Positions 1 to 10,434 of a stretch of 64,000 nucleotides of DNA are shown here, piece after piece. A model generated the notes under the pieces. That model saw only the letters and a list, made by a program, of their open reading frames with translations. It did no database searches and was not told the origin of the DNA. The DNA is taken from contig JAJYMK010000003.1 in the NCBI GenBank assembly GCA_021786945.1, positions 151,299 to 215,298 of the forward strand, in the 5' to 3' direction. Position numbers and translations under genes: made by a program. This DNA comes from a bacterium. Its GTDB lineage: Bacteria > Patescibacteriota > Minisyncoccia > UBA6257 > 02-FULL-45-10c. Numbering within the stretch: the first letter of the stretch is position 1; every line of letters begins with the position of its first letter.

Positions 1-688
1 CATCGTTTCTTTAAAAAGAAACGGTAAGTCGAAAATATTCAGGATAGAAAAGGGCGTTGTAAAGGAAGATTCCGTATTTTTTACGAAAATTAGCCCGAGT
101 ATAGGCTATGTAAAACTTACCGGCTTTATTGAGACCTCGGAGGAAGACTTTGAGCTTGTAGTTTCCAGCCTTACTCAATCCGGAACCAAGGTTGCAATAA
201 TAGACCTAAGGAATAATCCAGGCGGCCTGTTGGAATCAGCCGTGAACATTGTCGGGCTTTTTCAGCCGAATAATGACCCGGTTGTTTATACCAAACACAG
301 GGACAAAGAATTCGTGTCCATAAAATCATCTTCCAAGAAAAACGGTATATTCAAAAACCTTAAAGTTGTTGTATTGGTGAATGAAAATACCGCGAGTGCC
401 GCCGAACTTTTTTCCGGCTGGCTGAAAGAAGAACATGGCGCCCAGATTATCGGGCACAGCACCTACGGAAAAGATTTGGTGCAAAGCCTGTTCGGCTTTC
501 CCGACGGGACAAGGCTTCATCTGACGACCGATCAGTATTACATCGGCAGTAAAAAGGTGAATATCGGTAAGGTTGGTGTGCAGCCCACGATAAAAGTAGA
601 GGCTAAAAGCAATCCAAAAAGCAGGATTGATCCTCAGCTGCAAAAAGCTGTTGAAATTGCTGAGAAGATAGTAAGTTCTTTAAATTAG
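1..688 (+). CDS. C-terminal processing peptidase (S41 family), 3' partial; frame is open from the window start
   Basis: The in-frame translation from nt 2 reads ...IGYVKLTGFIETSEEDFELVVSSLTQSGTKVAIIDLRNNPGGLLESAV..., then VVLVNENTASAAELFSGWLKEEHGAQIIGHSTYGK. These are classic S41 tail-specific protease motifs. No start codon lies in the window. Confidence 0.7.
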   Translation, partial: IVSLKRNGKSKIFRIEKGVVKEDSVFFTKISPSIGYVKLTGFIETSEEDFELVVSSLTQSGTKVAIIDLRNNPGGLLESAVNIVGLFQPNNDPVVYTKHRDKEFVSIKSSSKKNGIFKNLKVVVLVNENTASAAELFSGWLKEEHGAQIIGHSTYGKDLVQSLFGFPDGTRLHLTTDQYYIGSKKVNIGKVGVQPTIKVEAKSNPKSRIDPQLQKAVEIAEKIVSSLN

Positions 689-695
689 TTTCATA

Positions 696-745
696 CAAAA
701 AAGCGCTATAGACACTTTCGTGTCACGGCGCTTTTTATTTTTATC
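696..745 (+). terminator. Compound hairpin followed by a T-run, downstream of the peptidase gene
   Basis: AAAAAAGCGC...GACACtttcGTGTC...GCGCTTTTTATTTTT: nested GC stems followed by a U-tract. Confidence 0.5.
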
Positions 746-766
746 TAAATTTACTCTTCTGTGATA

Positions 767-798
767 TTGACGAAAAGACGATTTGTTTGCTATATTAT
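767..798 (+). promoter_or_regulatory. Sigma70-like promoter ahead of rpsL
   Basis: TTGACG at 767-772, then an approximately 18-nt spacer, then TATATT(AT), about 30 nt upstream of the rpsL ATG. Confidence 0.4.
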
Positions 799-823
799 AG
801 AAACTTGTTAAATTAAATTAATT

Positions 824-1231
824 ATGCCGACAATAAGACAACTAATAAAAAAGGGAAGAAAACCAAAAGTGAGCAAAACTAAGTCTCCGGCTCTTTTGCG
901 TTATTTCAATACAATTTTAAATAAGCCGGTCAGAACCGCATCTCCTTTTAAAAGAGGAGTTTGCTTAAAAGTTTTTACAACCACTCCGAAGAAACCGAAC
1001 TCAGCTCTTCGAAAAGTTGCCCGTGTACGTTTGACCAACGGCATGGAAGTCAGCGCTTACATTCCAGGAGAGGGACACAATTTGCAGGAACACTCTGTAG
1101 TTATGATCAGGGGAGGAAGAGTTAAAGATTTGCCGGGTGTACGATATCACATTGTAAGAGGTGTTTTGGATACCGGTGGTGTAGAAAGAAAGCAACAGAG
1201 ATCTAAGTATGGAGCCAAGAGACCGAAATAA
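824..1231 (+). CDS. rpsL: 30S ribosomal protein S12
   Basis: [15 protein letters not shown]...[59 protein letters not shown]: canonical S12. Confidence 0.97.
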   Translation: MPTIRQLIKKGRKPKVSKTKSPALLRYFNTILNKPVRTASPFKRGVCLKVFTTTPKKPNSALRKVARVRLTNGMEVSAYIPGEGHNLQEHSVVMIRGGRVKDLPGVRYHIVRGVLDTGGVERKQQRSKYGAKRPK

Positions 1232-1256
1232 TTTCAATCAACAAAGTTTTTAAATT

Positions 1257-1724
1257 ATGAGAAAAAAAAGAAATTACAAAAGAGAGCGTTTGCCAGATTT
1301 TAAATATAATAGCGTAGCTATAGGACGTTTTATTAACTACATAATGGAAGACGGTAAAAAAGCCGTTGCCGAAAAAGTTATTTATGATGCTTTGGATATC
1401 ATAAAAGCTAAAACCAAAGAAGAGCCTTTGGCTATTTTTGATAAAGCTATAGAAAATGTTTCTCCGATAGTTGAAGTAGGTACAAAAAGAATTGGAGGTG
1501 CCAACTATCAGATTCCAAAAGAAGTTAGACCGGAAAGAAGATTTACTTTGGCCAGCAGATGGATTATTGAGGTCGCTCGAAATAAAAAGGGTAAGCCAAT
1601 GGCCGAAAAATTAGCCGAAGAATTTTTGTCTGCGGCTAACAATGAAGGTGCAGCCATCAAGAAGAAGCAGGATACACACAGAATGGCCGAAGCCAATAGA
1701 GCTTTTGCCCATTTCTCAAGATAA
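1257..1724 (+). CDS. rpsG: 30S ribosomal protein S7
   Basis: LPDFKYNS...FINYIMEDGKKAVAEKVIYDA...VEVGTKRIGGANYQIPKEVRPERR: S7 signature. It follows rpsL in str-operon order. Confidence 0.95.
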   Translation: MRKKRNYKRERLPDFKYNSVAIGRFINYIMEDGKKAVAEKVIYDALDIIKAKTKEEPLAIFDKAIENVSPIVEVGTKRIGGANYQIPKEVRPERRFTLASRWIIEVARNKKGKPMAEKLAEEFLSAANNEGAAIKKKQDTHRMAEANRAFAHFSR

Positions 1725-2134
1725 TGTTTGAAAAAGGCGGAGAAAAACCGAGTTTTCCTTTTTCGGAAACTGCCAAAAAGATATTTTTAAGATTTGAATC
1801 CCGTTCGGACGATCCGGGAGAATTTTTATCTAGCGAAGAAAAAGATAGGCTGCAGGAAGCTACAAAGACAAATCCGGAAGCTTTGAAAAAATGGGAGGAA
1901 GATCGCAACAGTAAATACAGAGTGAACTCCCTTTATGCGCCGCTACTCGCTTCAGAAAATTTTATGAGATCGGTTGAGGCGGAATCGATATCTAAAGATT
2001 TAAAAAAAGAATTAATAAATAGAATTGATAAAGCGTATAAAGATTTGGAAAATTCCAGAGGTAAAAGAATTACAAAAGAGTTGGTTGATGAAGTTGAAGG
2101 AATAGTGAGCGAAGTAAAAAAATATTTAAAATAA
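1724..2134 (+). CDS. Hypothetical charged/coiled protein inserted between rpsG and fusA
   Basis: 136-aa ORF whose ATG overlaps the rpsG stop (TAATG). I recognise no domain. Composition is Lys/Glu-rich. Confidence 0.45.
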   Translation: MFEKGGEKPSFPFSETAKKIFLRFESRSDDPGEFLSSEEKDRLQEATKTNPEALKKWEEDRNSKYRVNSLYAPLLASENFMRSVEAESISKDLKKELINRIDKAYKDLENSRGKRITKELVDEVEGIVSEVKKYLK

Positions 2135-2155
2135 AAAATAAAATAATTTAAAAAT

Positions 2156-4264
2156 ATGGCCACATCACAACATTATCCATTAGAAAAAACAAGAAATTTC
2201 GGAGTCGTTGCCCACATCGATGCGGGTAAAACAACTACATCCGAAAGAATTCTTTTCTATACTGGTGTTTCCCACAAAATAGGTGAAGTGCACAAAGGAG
2301 AAGCTGTCATGGACTGGATGGATCAGGAAAGAGAAAGAGGTATTACAATTACTTCCGCCGCTACAACTTGTTTCTGGGTTCCTAGCTATAGGCACGGAGA
2401 TAAAAATTTTGAACACAGATTTAACGTTATTGATACCCCGGGACACATCGACTTTACTATTGAGGTTAAAAGATCTCTGCGTGTTTTGGACGGCGCCGTT
2501 GTTGTATTTGACGGTGTATCCGGTGTGGAACCGCAGTCCGAAACCAACTGGAGATATGCGGATGAATATAATGTACCGAGAATTTGTTTTATAAATAAAA
2601 TGGACCGATTGGGTGCCAGTTTTGAAAATAGCTTTAAATCAATCAGGGAAAGATTGAATCCAAATGCGGTTGCCCTTCAGCTTCCTATAGGATCTGAAAG
2701 TGCTTTCCAGGGCGTAGTTGATTTGCTCAGAATGAAAGCCTATACATTTGAAGGCGATAAGGGTGAAAATATTATTGAATCGGAAATTCCGGAAAATATG
2801 AAAGAAGCCGCCGCTACATGGAGGCATGAGCTTATCGAAAAAATTGTCGAAAATGACGACAAAATGATGTCCGATTATTTGGAAGGAAAAGAGCCTTCTT
2901 TAGAAGATTTGAAAAGAGTTTTGAGAAAGGCTACATTGGCCGTGAAATTAATCCCGGTTTTTACCGGTTCTTCACTGAAAAATAAAGGCGTGCAATTAAT
3001 GCTTGATGCGGTAGTTGATTATTTGCCGTCTCCATTGGATCTGCCTCCAACAAAAGGTATTGATCCAAAAACCGGCAATGAAATTCAAAGGCCTGCTTCG
3101 GATGATCAGCCGCTTACCGCTTTAGCCTTTAAGATAGCCGCAGATCCTTTTGTAGGTAGTTTGACATTCTTCAGGGTTTACGCCGGTGTTTTGAAAAAAG
3201 GAAGTTATATTTTAAATTCAACAAAAGATGTAAAAGAAAGAGTCGGCCGTATCGTTCGAATGCACGCCAATCATCGTGAAGAAGTTGATGAAATTTTTGC
3301 CGGTAATTTGGGTGCTATTGTTGGTTTGAAAGATACTACGACCGGAGATACTCTTTGCGACGAAGCCAGCCCGATTATTTTGGAAAAGATTTCAGTTCCG
3401 GAACCGGTTATTTCCATGAAGATCGAGCCGAAAACAAAAGCTGACCAGGAAAAAATGGGCGTTGCTTTGAGAAGGCTTTCCGAAGAAGATCCGACCTTCC
3501 GCGTTAGCGGCGATGCCGAAACAGGAGATACTATTATTGAAGGTATGGGTGAATTACACTTGGATGTATTGGTGGAAAGAATGAAGAGAGAATTCGGAGT
3601 TCAGACAAATGTCGGCAGGCCGCAGGTTGCCTATAAGGAAACTATCAAGAAAGATGCCGATGCTGAAGGTAAATATATCAAGCAGTCCGGAGGTAAGGGA
3701 CAGTACGGTCATTGCCGAATTAAGATTGAACCGACCGAAAAAGGAAAAGGATTTGAATTTGTTAACGATATTAAAGGAGGTGCAATTCCGAAAGAATTTA
3801 TCGCTCCTATTGAAAAGGGTGTTGTGGAAGCTATGTCTAAAGGTGTGGTTGCCGGATTCCCGATGGTAGATATAAAGGTGACTTTGTACGATGGATCATA
3901 CCACGATGTAGACTCTTCCGAAGCCGCTTTCAAAATTGCAGGATCTATGGCTTTCAAATCTGCAGCGTTGAATGCGAAACCAATTCTTCTCGAACCTATT
4001 ATGAAAGTGCAGTCTTTGGCTCCGACTGAATACATGGGTGATATAACTGGAGATTTCAATTCCAAGAGAGGTAAGATTGAGGCTATGAGCGACAGGATGA
4101 ACATAAAAGTTATTGATGCCTTGATCCCGCTTTCCGAAATGTTCGGATATGCAACCAAATTACGTTCTATGACTCAAGGCCGAGGAAACTTCACGATGGA
4201 ATTTTCTCACTACGATGAAGTTCCTGCGAACGTAGCTACTCTTATTAAAGAGGGTAAGAAATAA
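2156..4264 (+). CDS. fusA: Elongation factor G
   Basis: The G-domain motifs AHIDAGKTT and DTPGHIDF are present, and the length is 702 aa. It sits in the str-operon position. Confidence 0.97.
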   Translation: MATSQHYPLEKTRNFGVVAHIDAGKTTTSERILFYTGVSHKIGEVHKGEAVMDWMDQERERGITITSAATTCFWVPSYRHGDKNFEHRFNVIDTPGHIDFTIEVKRSLRVLDGAVVVFDGVSGVEPQSETNWRYADEYNVPRICFINKMDRLGASFENSFKSIRERLNPNAVALQLPIGSESAFQGVVDLLRMKAYTFEGDKGENIIESEIPENMKEAAATWRHELIEKIVENDDKMMSDYLEGKEPSLEDLKRVLRKATLAVKLIPVFTGSSLKNKGVQLMLDAVVDYLPSPLDLPPTKGIDPKTGNEIQRPASDDQPLTALAFKIAADPFVGSLTFFRVYAGVLKKGSYILNSTKDVKERVGRIVRMHANHREEVDEIFAGNLGAIVGLKDTTTGDTLCDEASPIILEKISVPEPVISMKIEPKTKADQEKMGVALRRLSEEDPTFRVSGDAETGDTIIEGMGELHLDVLVERMKREFGVQTNVGRPQVAYKETIKKDADAEGKYIKQSGGKGQYGHCRIKIEPTEKGKGFEFVNDIKGGAIPKEFIAPIEKGVVEAMSKGVVAGFPMVDIKVTLYDGSYHDVDSSEAAFKIAGSMAFKSAALNAKPILLEPIMKVQSLAPTEYMGDITGDFNSKRGKIEAMSDRMNIKVIDALIPLSEMFGYATKLRSMTQGRGNFTMEFSHYDEVPANVATLIKEGKK

Positions 4265-4280
4265 TTAACACAATTTCTTA

Positions 4281-4308
4281 TTGACAAAATTCCTATTTTT
4301 CGTATAAA
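4281..4308 (+). promoter_or_regulatory. Sigma70-like promoter ahead of tuf
   Basis: TTGACA at 4281-4286, 16-nt spacer, TATAAA at 4303-4308. Confidence 0.4.
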
Positions 4309-4388
4309 ATAAATAGACGTTTATTGCTTTGCCGCTGGCAGGCGATAACATTAAAAAATAAATTAAAAAATAATTAAAAAATAAAACT

Positions 4389-5588
4389 ATGGCAGAAAAA
4401 GAAAAATTTGCTAGAACTAAGCCGCACGTTAACGTCGGAACAATTGGCCACGTCGACCACGGCAAAACTTCTTTAACAGCCGCTATTACCCACGTTCTCT
4501 TTTTAAAGGGTTGGGCTAAGAAAGAAGAAGGTGTAGATCAGATTGATAACGCTCCTGAAGAAAAAGCTCGTGGTATTACAATTGCTTTGCACCATTCTGA
4601 GTATGAGTCCGAAAAGAGACACTATGCTCACATTGATGCTCCGGGACACGCCGACTATATCAAGAACATGATTACCGGTGCTGCCCAGATGGATGGCGCC
4701 ATTCTCGTAGTTTCTGCCGCTGATGGTCCGATGCCTCAAACCAGAGAGCACATCTTGTTGGCTTATCAGGTAGGCGTTCCAAACCTTATTGTTTTCTTGA
4801 ACAAGTGCGATATGGTTGACGATCCGGAACTTATTGACTTGGTTGAATCCGAAGTCAGAGAGCTTCTCAAGAAATATAATTTCCCTGGCGACACCGTCCC
4901 AGTGATCAGAGGTTCCGCTACAAAGGCTATGGCTGTTAAGTCTGCCGATGAGCCGGATGCCAAACCGATCTTGGATCTCGTAAAGGCCATGGATGAATAT
5001 ATTCCTGACCCAGTCAGAGAAACAGGAAAGCCGTTCTTGATGCCTGTTGAAGATATTTTCTCAATTGAAGGAAGAGGTACGGTTGTTACCGGAAGAGTAG
5101 AAAGAGGTTCTGTTAAAGTAAACGAAGAAATTGAAATCATCGGTATTAAGCCGACTCAGAAGACGGTTGTTACCGGTATCGAAATGTTCCAAAAGGTTTT
5201 GGACGAAGGTACTGCTGGTGATAACGTAGGTATTCTCTTGAGAGGTCTTAAGAAAGAAGACGTAGAGAGAGGACAAGTCTTGGCTAAACCAGGAAGCGTT
5301 ACTCCTCACACTGACTTCGAATCTGAAGTTTACGTTCTCAGTAAAGAAGAAGGTGGTAGACACACCCCATTCTTTAAAGGATACAAACCACAGTTCTATA
5401 TCAGAACCACTGATGTTACGGGAGAAGTTACTTTGCCGGAAGGCATGGAAATGGTTATGCCTGGTGACACAGTAAAGTTCGTTGTTAAATTGATCGCTCC
5501 GGTTGCTTTGGAAGAAAAACAGCGTTTTGCTATCCGTGAAGGAGGTAAAACAGTTGGCGCTGGAGTTGTTACCAAAATCATTAAGTAA
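4389..5588 (+). CDS. tuf: Elongation factor Tu
   Basis: [27 protein letters not shown]...[26 protein letters not shown]: EF-Tu. Confidence 0.98.
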   Translation: MAEKEKFARTKPHVNVGTIGHVDHGKTSLTAAITHVLFLKGWAKKEEGVDQIDNAPEEKARGITIALHHSEYESEKRHYAHIDAPGHADYIKNMITGAAQMDGAILVVSAADGPMPQTREHILLAYQVGVPNLIVFLNKCDMVDDPELIDLVESEVRELLKKYNFPGDTVPVIRGSATKAMAVKSADEPDAKPILDLVKAMDEYIPDPVRETGKPFLMPVEDIFSIEGRGTVVTGRVERGSVKVNEEIEIIGIKPTQKTVVTGIEMFQKVLDEGTAGDNVGILLRGLKKEDVERGQVLAKPGSVTPHTDFESEVYVLSKEEGGRHTPFFKGYKPQFYIRTTDVTGEVTLPEGMEMVMPGDTVKFVVKLIAPVALEEKQRFAIREGGKTVGAGVVTKIIK

Positions 5589-5642
5589 ATTTTGGAACAC
5601 CAAGGCTTTTAAATAGAATTATTTATATGCCTTCTAAAACGC

Positions 5643-5969
5643 ATGACTAAAAAAGACATTGAAAAAGAAAAATTAAGGTTAAGGATTCAGGCTTACGACC
5701 ACAAGTTGATAGACAATACTTGCAGGCAGATAATTGAAACTGCCAAAAGACAGGATGCTGAAATTGTGGGGCCAATCCCTCTGCCAACGGAAATTAAAAA
5801 ATACACCGTTAATCGCTCAACTTTTATTGATAAAAATTCAAGGGAGCAATTCGAGCTGAGGGTCCACAAGAGACTTTTGGACATAATGAATCCAAATCAG
5901 GCAATTATCGAATCGCTTTCTAATCTCAATTTACCTTCAGGGGTTGAAATAGAGATCAAAATGGTGTAA
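5643..5969 (+). CDS. rpsJ: 30S ribosomal protein S10
   Basis: RIQAYDHKLIDNTCRQIIETAKRQDAEIVGPIPLPTE...RSTFIDKNSREQFELRVHKRLLDI: S10. Confidence 0.95.
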   Translation: MTKKDIEKEKLRLRIQAYDHKLIDNTCRQIIETAKRQDAEIVGPIPLPTEIKKYTVNRSTFIDKNSREQFELRVHKRLLDIMNPNQAIIESLSNLNLPSGVEIEIKMV

Positions 5970-5987
5970 TATAGATTCACTATAAGA

Positions 5988-6020
5988 AATAATTCGAGGT
6001 TAGCCTCGAATTATTTTTTT
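5988..6020 (+). terminator. Hairpin plus U-run between rpsJ and rplC (possible intra-operon attenuator)
   Basis: AATTCGAGGttaGCCTCGAATT followed by ATTTTTTTT. Confidence 0.35.
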
Positions 6021-6036
6021 AGATAAATAAATAGAC

Positions 6037-6474
6037 ATGGACATAACAAAAGGAACAAAAATAAAAATGACTCAGATTTTCAAGAATGATATCGTTTACC
6101 CGGTATCGGTTATTAAGCTTGAAAAGAAAGAGTCTGCTGAAAATTTTAAAGAAGAAGAATTGGTTATTGTATCCGGTACAACCAAGGGACATGGATGGCA
6201 GGGTGTGGTAAAAAGATATAGTTTCGGAGGCGGACCTCAGACTCACGGTCAAAAAAACAGACTAAGAGCCCCGGGTTCTATTGGTAGCACCGCTCCGCAG
6301 CGTGTTTTACCGGGAAGAAAAATGGCAGGAAGAATGGGAGGCGCCAGAAAAACAATCAAGAATTTGAGAATTGTTTCCGTTGATAAAGAAAATGGTTTAA
6401 TTTTACTTCACGGTTCTGTACCGGGAAACAACAGAAGCAAGGTTGAAATTAAAAAAGCAGTTTCTGCTAAGTAA
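6037..6474 (+). CDS. rplC: 50S ribosomal protein L3 (shortened, 145 aa)
   Basis: The ends align with L3 (KMTQIF... at the N-terminus; GWQGVVKRYSFGGGPQTHGQKNRLRAPGSIGSTAPQRVLPGRKMAGRMGG at the C-terminus). About 60 aa of the usual central extension are missing. Confidence 0.85.
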   Translation: MDITKGTKIKMTQIFKNDIVYPVSVIKLEKKESAENFKEEELVIVSGTTKGHGWQGVVKRYSFGGGPQTHGQKNRLRAPGSIGSTAPQRVLPGRKMAGRMGGARKTIKNLRIVSVDKENGLILLHGSVPGNNRSKVEIKKAVSAK

Positions 6475-6479
6475 AAAAT

Positions 6480-7094
6480 ATGACAGCTATCAAAATTTAC
6501 AATCAAAAAGGAGAAGTTAAGGGTGAAATTGAAATACCTAAATTTTTACAAATAAAGTGGAACCCGCTTTTGGTTAAGCAGGTCGTTGATTCTATTCTTG
6601 CCAATTCCAGACAGGTTATTGCCCATACAAAAGGCAGAGGTGAAGTGGCGGGTGGCGGCAGAAAGCCATGGAAGCAGAAAGGAACAGGCCGAGCCAGGCA
6701 GGGATCAATCAGATCTCCGTTATGGAAAGGCGGTGGTGTGACTTTTGGTCCTAAAAAAGAAACCGATTATTCCAAGAAAATCAACAAGAAGATGCTTAAG
6801 AAAGCTTTGTTGGTAGCTCTTGCCAAGAAGGCCGAAGACGGCGAATTGAAGTTGGTTGAGAGTTTTGAGATGGTTTCTCCAAAAACTAAAGCCGTGGCCG
6901 GAATGATAAAGAGTATTACCGGAGGAAAATCAGCTTTAATTTTGATAGATAAGAAGAATAAAAATGCAGTTTTAGCCACAAGAAATTTGAAGAATTCTGT
7001 GAATTTAATCCCGGAAAATTTAAACGCTTTTGAAGTTTTGAAATATAAAAATGTCTTAATGGAAAAAGCAACATTAGAAAACTATGGCAAATAA
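6480..7094 (+). CDS. rplD: 50S ribosomal protein L4
   Basis: KPWKQKGTGRARQGSIRSPLWKGGGVTFGPK: L4 motif. Correct operon position. Confidence 0.93.
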   Translation: MTAIKIYNQKGEVKGEIEIPKFLQIKWNPLLVKQVVDSILANSRQVIAHTKGRGEVAGGGRKPWKQKGTGRARQGSIRSPLWKGGGVTFGPKKETDYSKKINKKMLKKALLVALAKKAEDGELKLVESFEMVSPKTKAVAGMIKSITGGKSALILIDKKNKNAVLATRNLKNSVNLIPENLNAFEVLKYKNVLMEKATLENYGK

Positions 7095-7365
7095 ATTTTT
7101 AATAAAAAATCCAATAATTACCGAAAAGGCTATTCGTGGCAGTGAATTGGGAAAATATGTTTTTTTGGTTGAAAAGAAGGCTACGGTCAATGAAATCAAG
7201 AAAGCCGTTGAAACTTTATACAATGTTAAGGTTGAAAAGACTAATGTTGTAAACGTTAAACCGAAAACAAGAAGGCTTGGTAAGACGGTTGGTGTAAAGC
7301 CGGGATATAAAAAGATCATAGTGACTTTGAAAAAGGGTCAAAAATTAGATATACTACCACAATAA
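7084..7365 (+). CDS. rplW: 50S ribosomal protein L23
   Basis: 93 aa with a KKIIVTLKKGQKLD C-terminus, positioned between L4 and L2. Confidence 0.9.
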   Translation: MANKFLIKNPIITEKAIRGSELGKYVFLVEKKATVNEIKKAVETLYNVKVEKTNVVNVKPKTRRLGKTVGVKPGYKKIIVTLKKGQKLDILPQ

Positions 7366-7369
7366 TTTT

Positions 7370-8194
7370 ATGAAAAGCTTTAGACCTACAACTCCATCAA
7401 GGAGACAAATGACTGTTGTCGAATATGACGTTCTTTCCAAGACCGCTCCTTTTAAGTCTTTGACTAAAAAGATTAAAGAATGCGCTGGAAGAAACAGCCA
7501 AGGAAGAATAACAACCAGACATCAGGGCGGAGGTAATAAAAAGATGTACAGGATGGTTGATTTTAATCAGAATAAACTTAATATTCCTGGAAGAGTAGAA
7601 ACCATTGAATATGATCCATATAGGACTGCTTTTATTGCCTTGGTTGTTTATAAAGACGGTGAAAGAAGATACGTTTTGGCTCCAAAGGATTTGAAAGTTG
7701 GAGACGAAATAGTTTCCGCTGAAAACGCTCCTTTAAAAACTGGCAACAGAATGATGGTTAAAAATATTCCTATCGGTTATCTGGTTCATAATATTGAGCT
7801 CGCTCCCGGCGAAGGTGGAAAAATGGTAAGATCCGCCGGATCTTTTGCCGAAATTCTGGGTCAGGAAGGCAGATTCGTAAATTTGAAACTTAGTTCTGGT
7901 GAAGTGAGAAAAGTTTTAGCCGATTCTTTGGCTTCCTTAGGGCAGGTATCCAATCCTGATTACAGCTTGACCGTTATTGGTAAAGCCGGAAGATCCAGGC
8001 ATTTGGGTATCAGGCCTACAGTTAGAGGTAAAGTCATGAATCCTTGCGATCATCCATACGGTGGTGGTGAAGGTAGAACCCAGAGAGGTACTAGGAAACC
8101 TAAAGATATTTGGGGTAATATTACTGGCGGAAGAAAAACCCGCGATAAAAAGAAGAGGTCAAATAAATTTATTATTCAAAGAAGAAAGAAATAA
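7370..8194 (+). CDS. rplB: 50S ribosomal protein L2
   Basis: HQGGGNKKMYRMVDF..., ...GRSRHLGIRPTVRGKVMNPCDHPYGGGEG: L2. Confidence 0.97.
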   Translation: MKSFRPTTPSRRQMTVVEYDVLSKTAPFKSLTKKIKECAGRNSQGRITTRHQGGGNKKMYRMVDFNQNKLNIPGRVETIEYDPYRTAFIALVVYKDGERRYVLAPKDLKVGDEIVSAENAPLKTGNRMMVKNIPIGYLVHNIELAPGEGGKMVRSAGSFAEILGQEGRFVNLKLSSGEVRKVLADSLASLGQVSNPDYSLTVIGKAGRSRHLGIRPTVRGKVMNPCDHPYGGGEGRTQRGTRKPKDIWGNITGGRKTRDKKKRSNKFIIQRRKK

Positions 8195-8206
8195 AATTAA
8201 ACTAAT

Positions 8207-8530
8207 ATGTCTAGATCAAGCAATAAGGGTCCGTTTGTAGATCCAAAATTATTAAAAAAGATTTCTAAGTTAAAAGCCGGCGATAAGACGGTTATTAAGA
8301 CTTGGTCTAGGGATTCCGTGATAGCTCCGGAAATGGTTGGTTTTACATTGGGAATTCATAACGGAAAGATTCACGTTGAGGTATTCGTGAAAGAAGAAAT
8401 GGTCGGACACAAACTTGGCGAATTTGCTTTAACCAGGAAGTTCGTTAAGCACGGAGGTAAAATGCAACGCGATTTGGAAGCCGCTGCTGCAGTTAAAGCC
8501 GCTACTCCCGCCGCTCCTGCTAAAAAATAA
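8207..8530 (+). CDS. rpsS: 30S ribosomal protein S19 (with Ala-rich C-terminal tail)
   Basis: [18 protein letters not shown]...[29 protein letters not shown]: S19. Confidence 0.95.
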   Translation: MSRSSNKGPFVDPKLLKKISKLKAGDKTVIKTWSRDSVIAPEMVGFTLGIHNGKIHVEVFVKEEMVGHKLGEFALTRKFVKHGGKMQRDLEAAAAVKAATPAAPAKK

Positions 8531-8548
8531 TATATAAAATATTAAACT

Positions 8549-9067
8549 ATGCTTAGAGAAACAGTAAAATTGAAACATTTGCACATAACTCCGGATAAGG
8601 CCAGGCTTGTTGCCAACCTTGTTAAAAAAATGTCCGCCAATGAAGCCGAGGCTCAGCTTATGGTTTTGCCGAAAAGAGCCGCTAAACCAATTTTAAAACT
8701 TTTGAAATCGGGTATAGCCAATATGGTAAATAACAGAAAGGCTGATGCCGAAAAGTTGGTTATTGAGTCTATTACGGTTGACGAAGGTCCTACTTTTAAA
8801 AGATTCTTGCCCCGCTCAATGGGAAGAGCTACTCCGCTTTTAAAAAGAACTTCTCATGTAACTATAATCTTGAAAGAAATTGATAAGAAAAAGACGAGCA
8901 AGTTTAATACTGAAATTTCTAGAAAAAACAAAGAAGCTAAGAAAATAACGAAAGAAGCCAAACAGTCGAAGCCGGAAAATAAAGAGAAGGAAATGAAAGA
9001 TGTTTCTGCTTCGGCAGAAAACAAGCCGGGATTTGTTAAAAAAGTTTTTAGAAGAAAAAGCGTTTAA
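8549..9067 (+). CDS. rplV: 50S ribosomal protein L22 with an approximately 60-aa Lys-rich C-terminal extension
   Basis: The L22 core is ...LPRSMGRATPLLKRTSHVTIILKE. It is followed by a low-complexity basic tail. Confidence 0.9.
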   Translation: MLRETVKLKHLHITPDKARLVANLVKKMSANEAEAQLMVLPKRAAKPILKLLKSGIANMVNNRKADAEKLVIESITVDEGPTFKRFLPRSMGRATPLLKRTSHVTIILKEIDKKKTSKFNTEISRKNKEAKKITKEAKQSKPENKEKEMKDVSASAENKPGFVKKVFRRKSV

Positions 9068-9091
9068 TATATAGAGAAATAAATTTAAACT

Positions 9092-9754
9092 ATGGGACAA
9101 AAAATAAGACCAGATTCATATAGAACAGGAATAACCAAGGGATGGAATTCCCGATGGTTTCCCAAGAAAAACTTCAAGGAAATCCTGGAAGAAGATGTTT
9201 TAATTAGAAAAATAATCAAACAAAAGATAAAATTGGCCGGTATCGACAAGATCGAAATCGAAAAAAATAATAATAATTACAGAATTTTTATTAAAGTTGC
9301 TAAGCCGGGTTTGGTTATTGGCAGAGGCGGAAAGGGTGTTGATGAGCTCAGGAAATCAATCGAAGAAGCCCTTGTAAAGCTTTTTAAAGAAAGAAAGGTT
9401 AAACCGGATTTTTCCATTAGTTTAAATATTGAAGAGTTAAGAAGAAATGACGTTTCAGCAACTTTTATTGCTCAGAGCATTGCCTGGGATTTGGAAAAAA
9501 GAATGCCTTTCAGAAAAACAATCAAAAAATATTTGGAATCTGTTATGCAGAATAAAGAAGCCGAAGGAGTTAAGATAAAACTTTCCGGAAGATTGGATGG
9601 ATCCGAAATAGCTAGAAGAGAATGGTTAGCTAAAGGAAAACTTCCTCTTCAGACTCTGAGGGCTAACATTGATTACGGGGAAGGAACAGCTTTTTGTACT
9701 TATGGCACAGTCGGTATAAAAGTTTGGATTTACAAAGGAGAAGTAACTTTATAA
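9092..9754 (+). CDS. rpsC: 30S ribosomal protein S3
   Basis: MGQKIRPDSYRTGITKGWNSRWF...: KH domain, S3. Confidence 0.95.
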   Translation: MGQKIRPDSYRTGITKGWNSRWFPKKNFKEILEEDVLIRKIIKQKIKLAGIDKIEIEKNNNNYRIFIKVAKPGLVIGRGGKGVDELRKSIEEALVKLFKERKVKPDFSISLNIEELRRNDVSATFIAQSIAWDLEKRMPFRKTIKKYLESVMQNKEAEGVKIKLSGRLDGSEIARREWLAKGKLPLQTLRANIDYGEGTAFCTYGTVGIKVWIYKGEVTL

Positions 9755-9763
9755 AACACTAAT

Positions 9764-10177
9764 ATGTTGATGCCAAAAAAAGTAAAACACAGAAAGTGGC
9801 AGAGAGGCAGATCTAAAAATAGGATTGTCGAAACAAGAGGAACTACTATTGCTTATGGATCTTTCGGTCTTAAGGCTATGAGTCCGGCTTGGATGGATGG
9901 AAGACAACTTGAAGCTGCCAGAAAGACAATCACCAACTTTTTGAAAAGAGAAGGTAAGGTTTGGATCAGGGTTTTTCCGGACAAGCCAATTACCAAAAAG
10001 CCGCCTGAAGTTACTTTGGGTGGAGGTAAGGGTGATGTAGATAAGTATGTAGTTGTTGTTAAGCCGGGAAGAATACTTTTTGAAGTCGATGGAGTTTCTA
10101 AAGAAATCGCTACCCAGGCCTTGAATCTTGCTAGCTATAAATTGCCGGTAAGAACTAAGGTAGTTTCAAAAGATTAA
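9764..10177 (+). CDS. rplP: 50S ribosomal protein L16
   Basis: MLMPKKVKHRKWQRGRSKNRIVETRGTTIAYGSFGLKA: L16. Confidence 0.95.
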   Translation: MLMPKKVKHRKWQRGRSKNRIVETRGTTIAYGSFGLKAMSPAWMDGRQLEAARKTITNFLKREGKVWIRVFPDKPITKKPPEVTLGGGKGDVDKYVVVVKPGRILFEVDGVSKEIATQALNLASYKLPVRTKVVSKD

Positions 10178-10207
10178 TTTGAAAAAATACTAAAAATCAT
10201 ATAAAAT

Positions 10208-10420
10208 ATGAAGACCAAAGAAATGGAACAATTGAAAAACAAACAAGAAAACGAGCTTTTAAGCGATCTTAAAAAAAGCAAGGATAAGCTTTGGGATCTT
10301 CAGGTTGATTTGAGGGCCGGAAAGCTAAAAAACGTAAGTGATATCAATAAAACAAAAAAATTGATCGCCAGAATAAATACCGTTTTAAGCGAGAAGAAAA
10401 ACTCTAAAACGACTAAATAA
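10208..10420 (+). CDS. rpmC: 50S ribosomal protein L29
   Basis: 70 aa with the helical L29 pattern ([15 protein letters not shown]), in the operon position between L16 and S17. Confidence 0.85.
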   Translation: MKTKEMEQLKNKQENELLSDLKKSKDKLWDLQVDLRAGKLKNVSDINKTKKLIARINTVLSEKKNSKTTK

Positions 10421-10434
10421 TAAGCACAAATTTT

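Noticed and set aside
3709-4158. 149-aa antisense ORF inside fusA, and similar antisense ORFs in tuf (5061-5603), rplF (12463-12813), lysS, serS and the GT genes
   Set aside because: These are antisense or out-of-frame overlaps with high-confidence conserved genes. Composition-driven open frames in AT-rich DNA.
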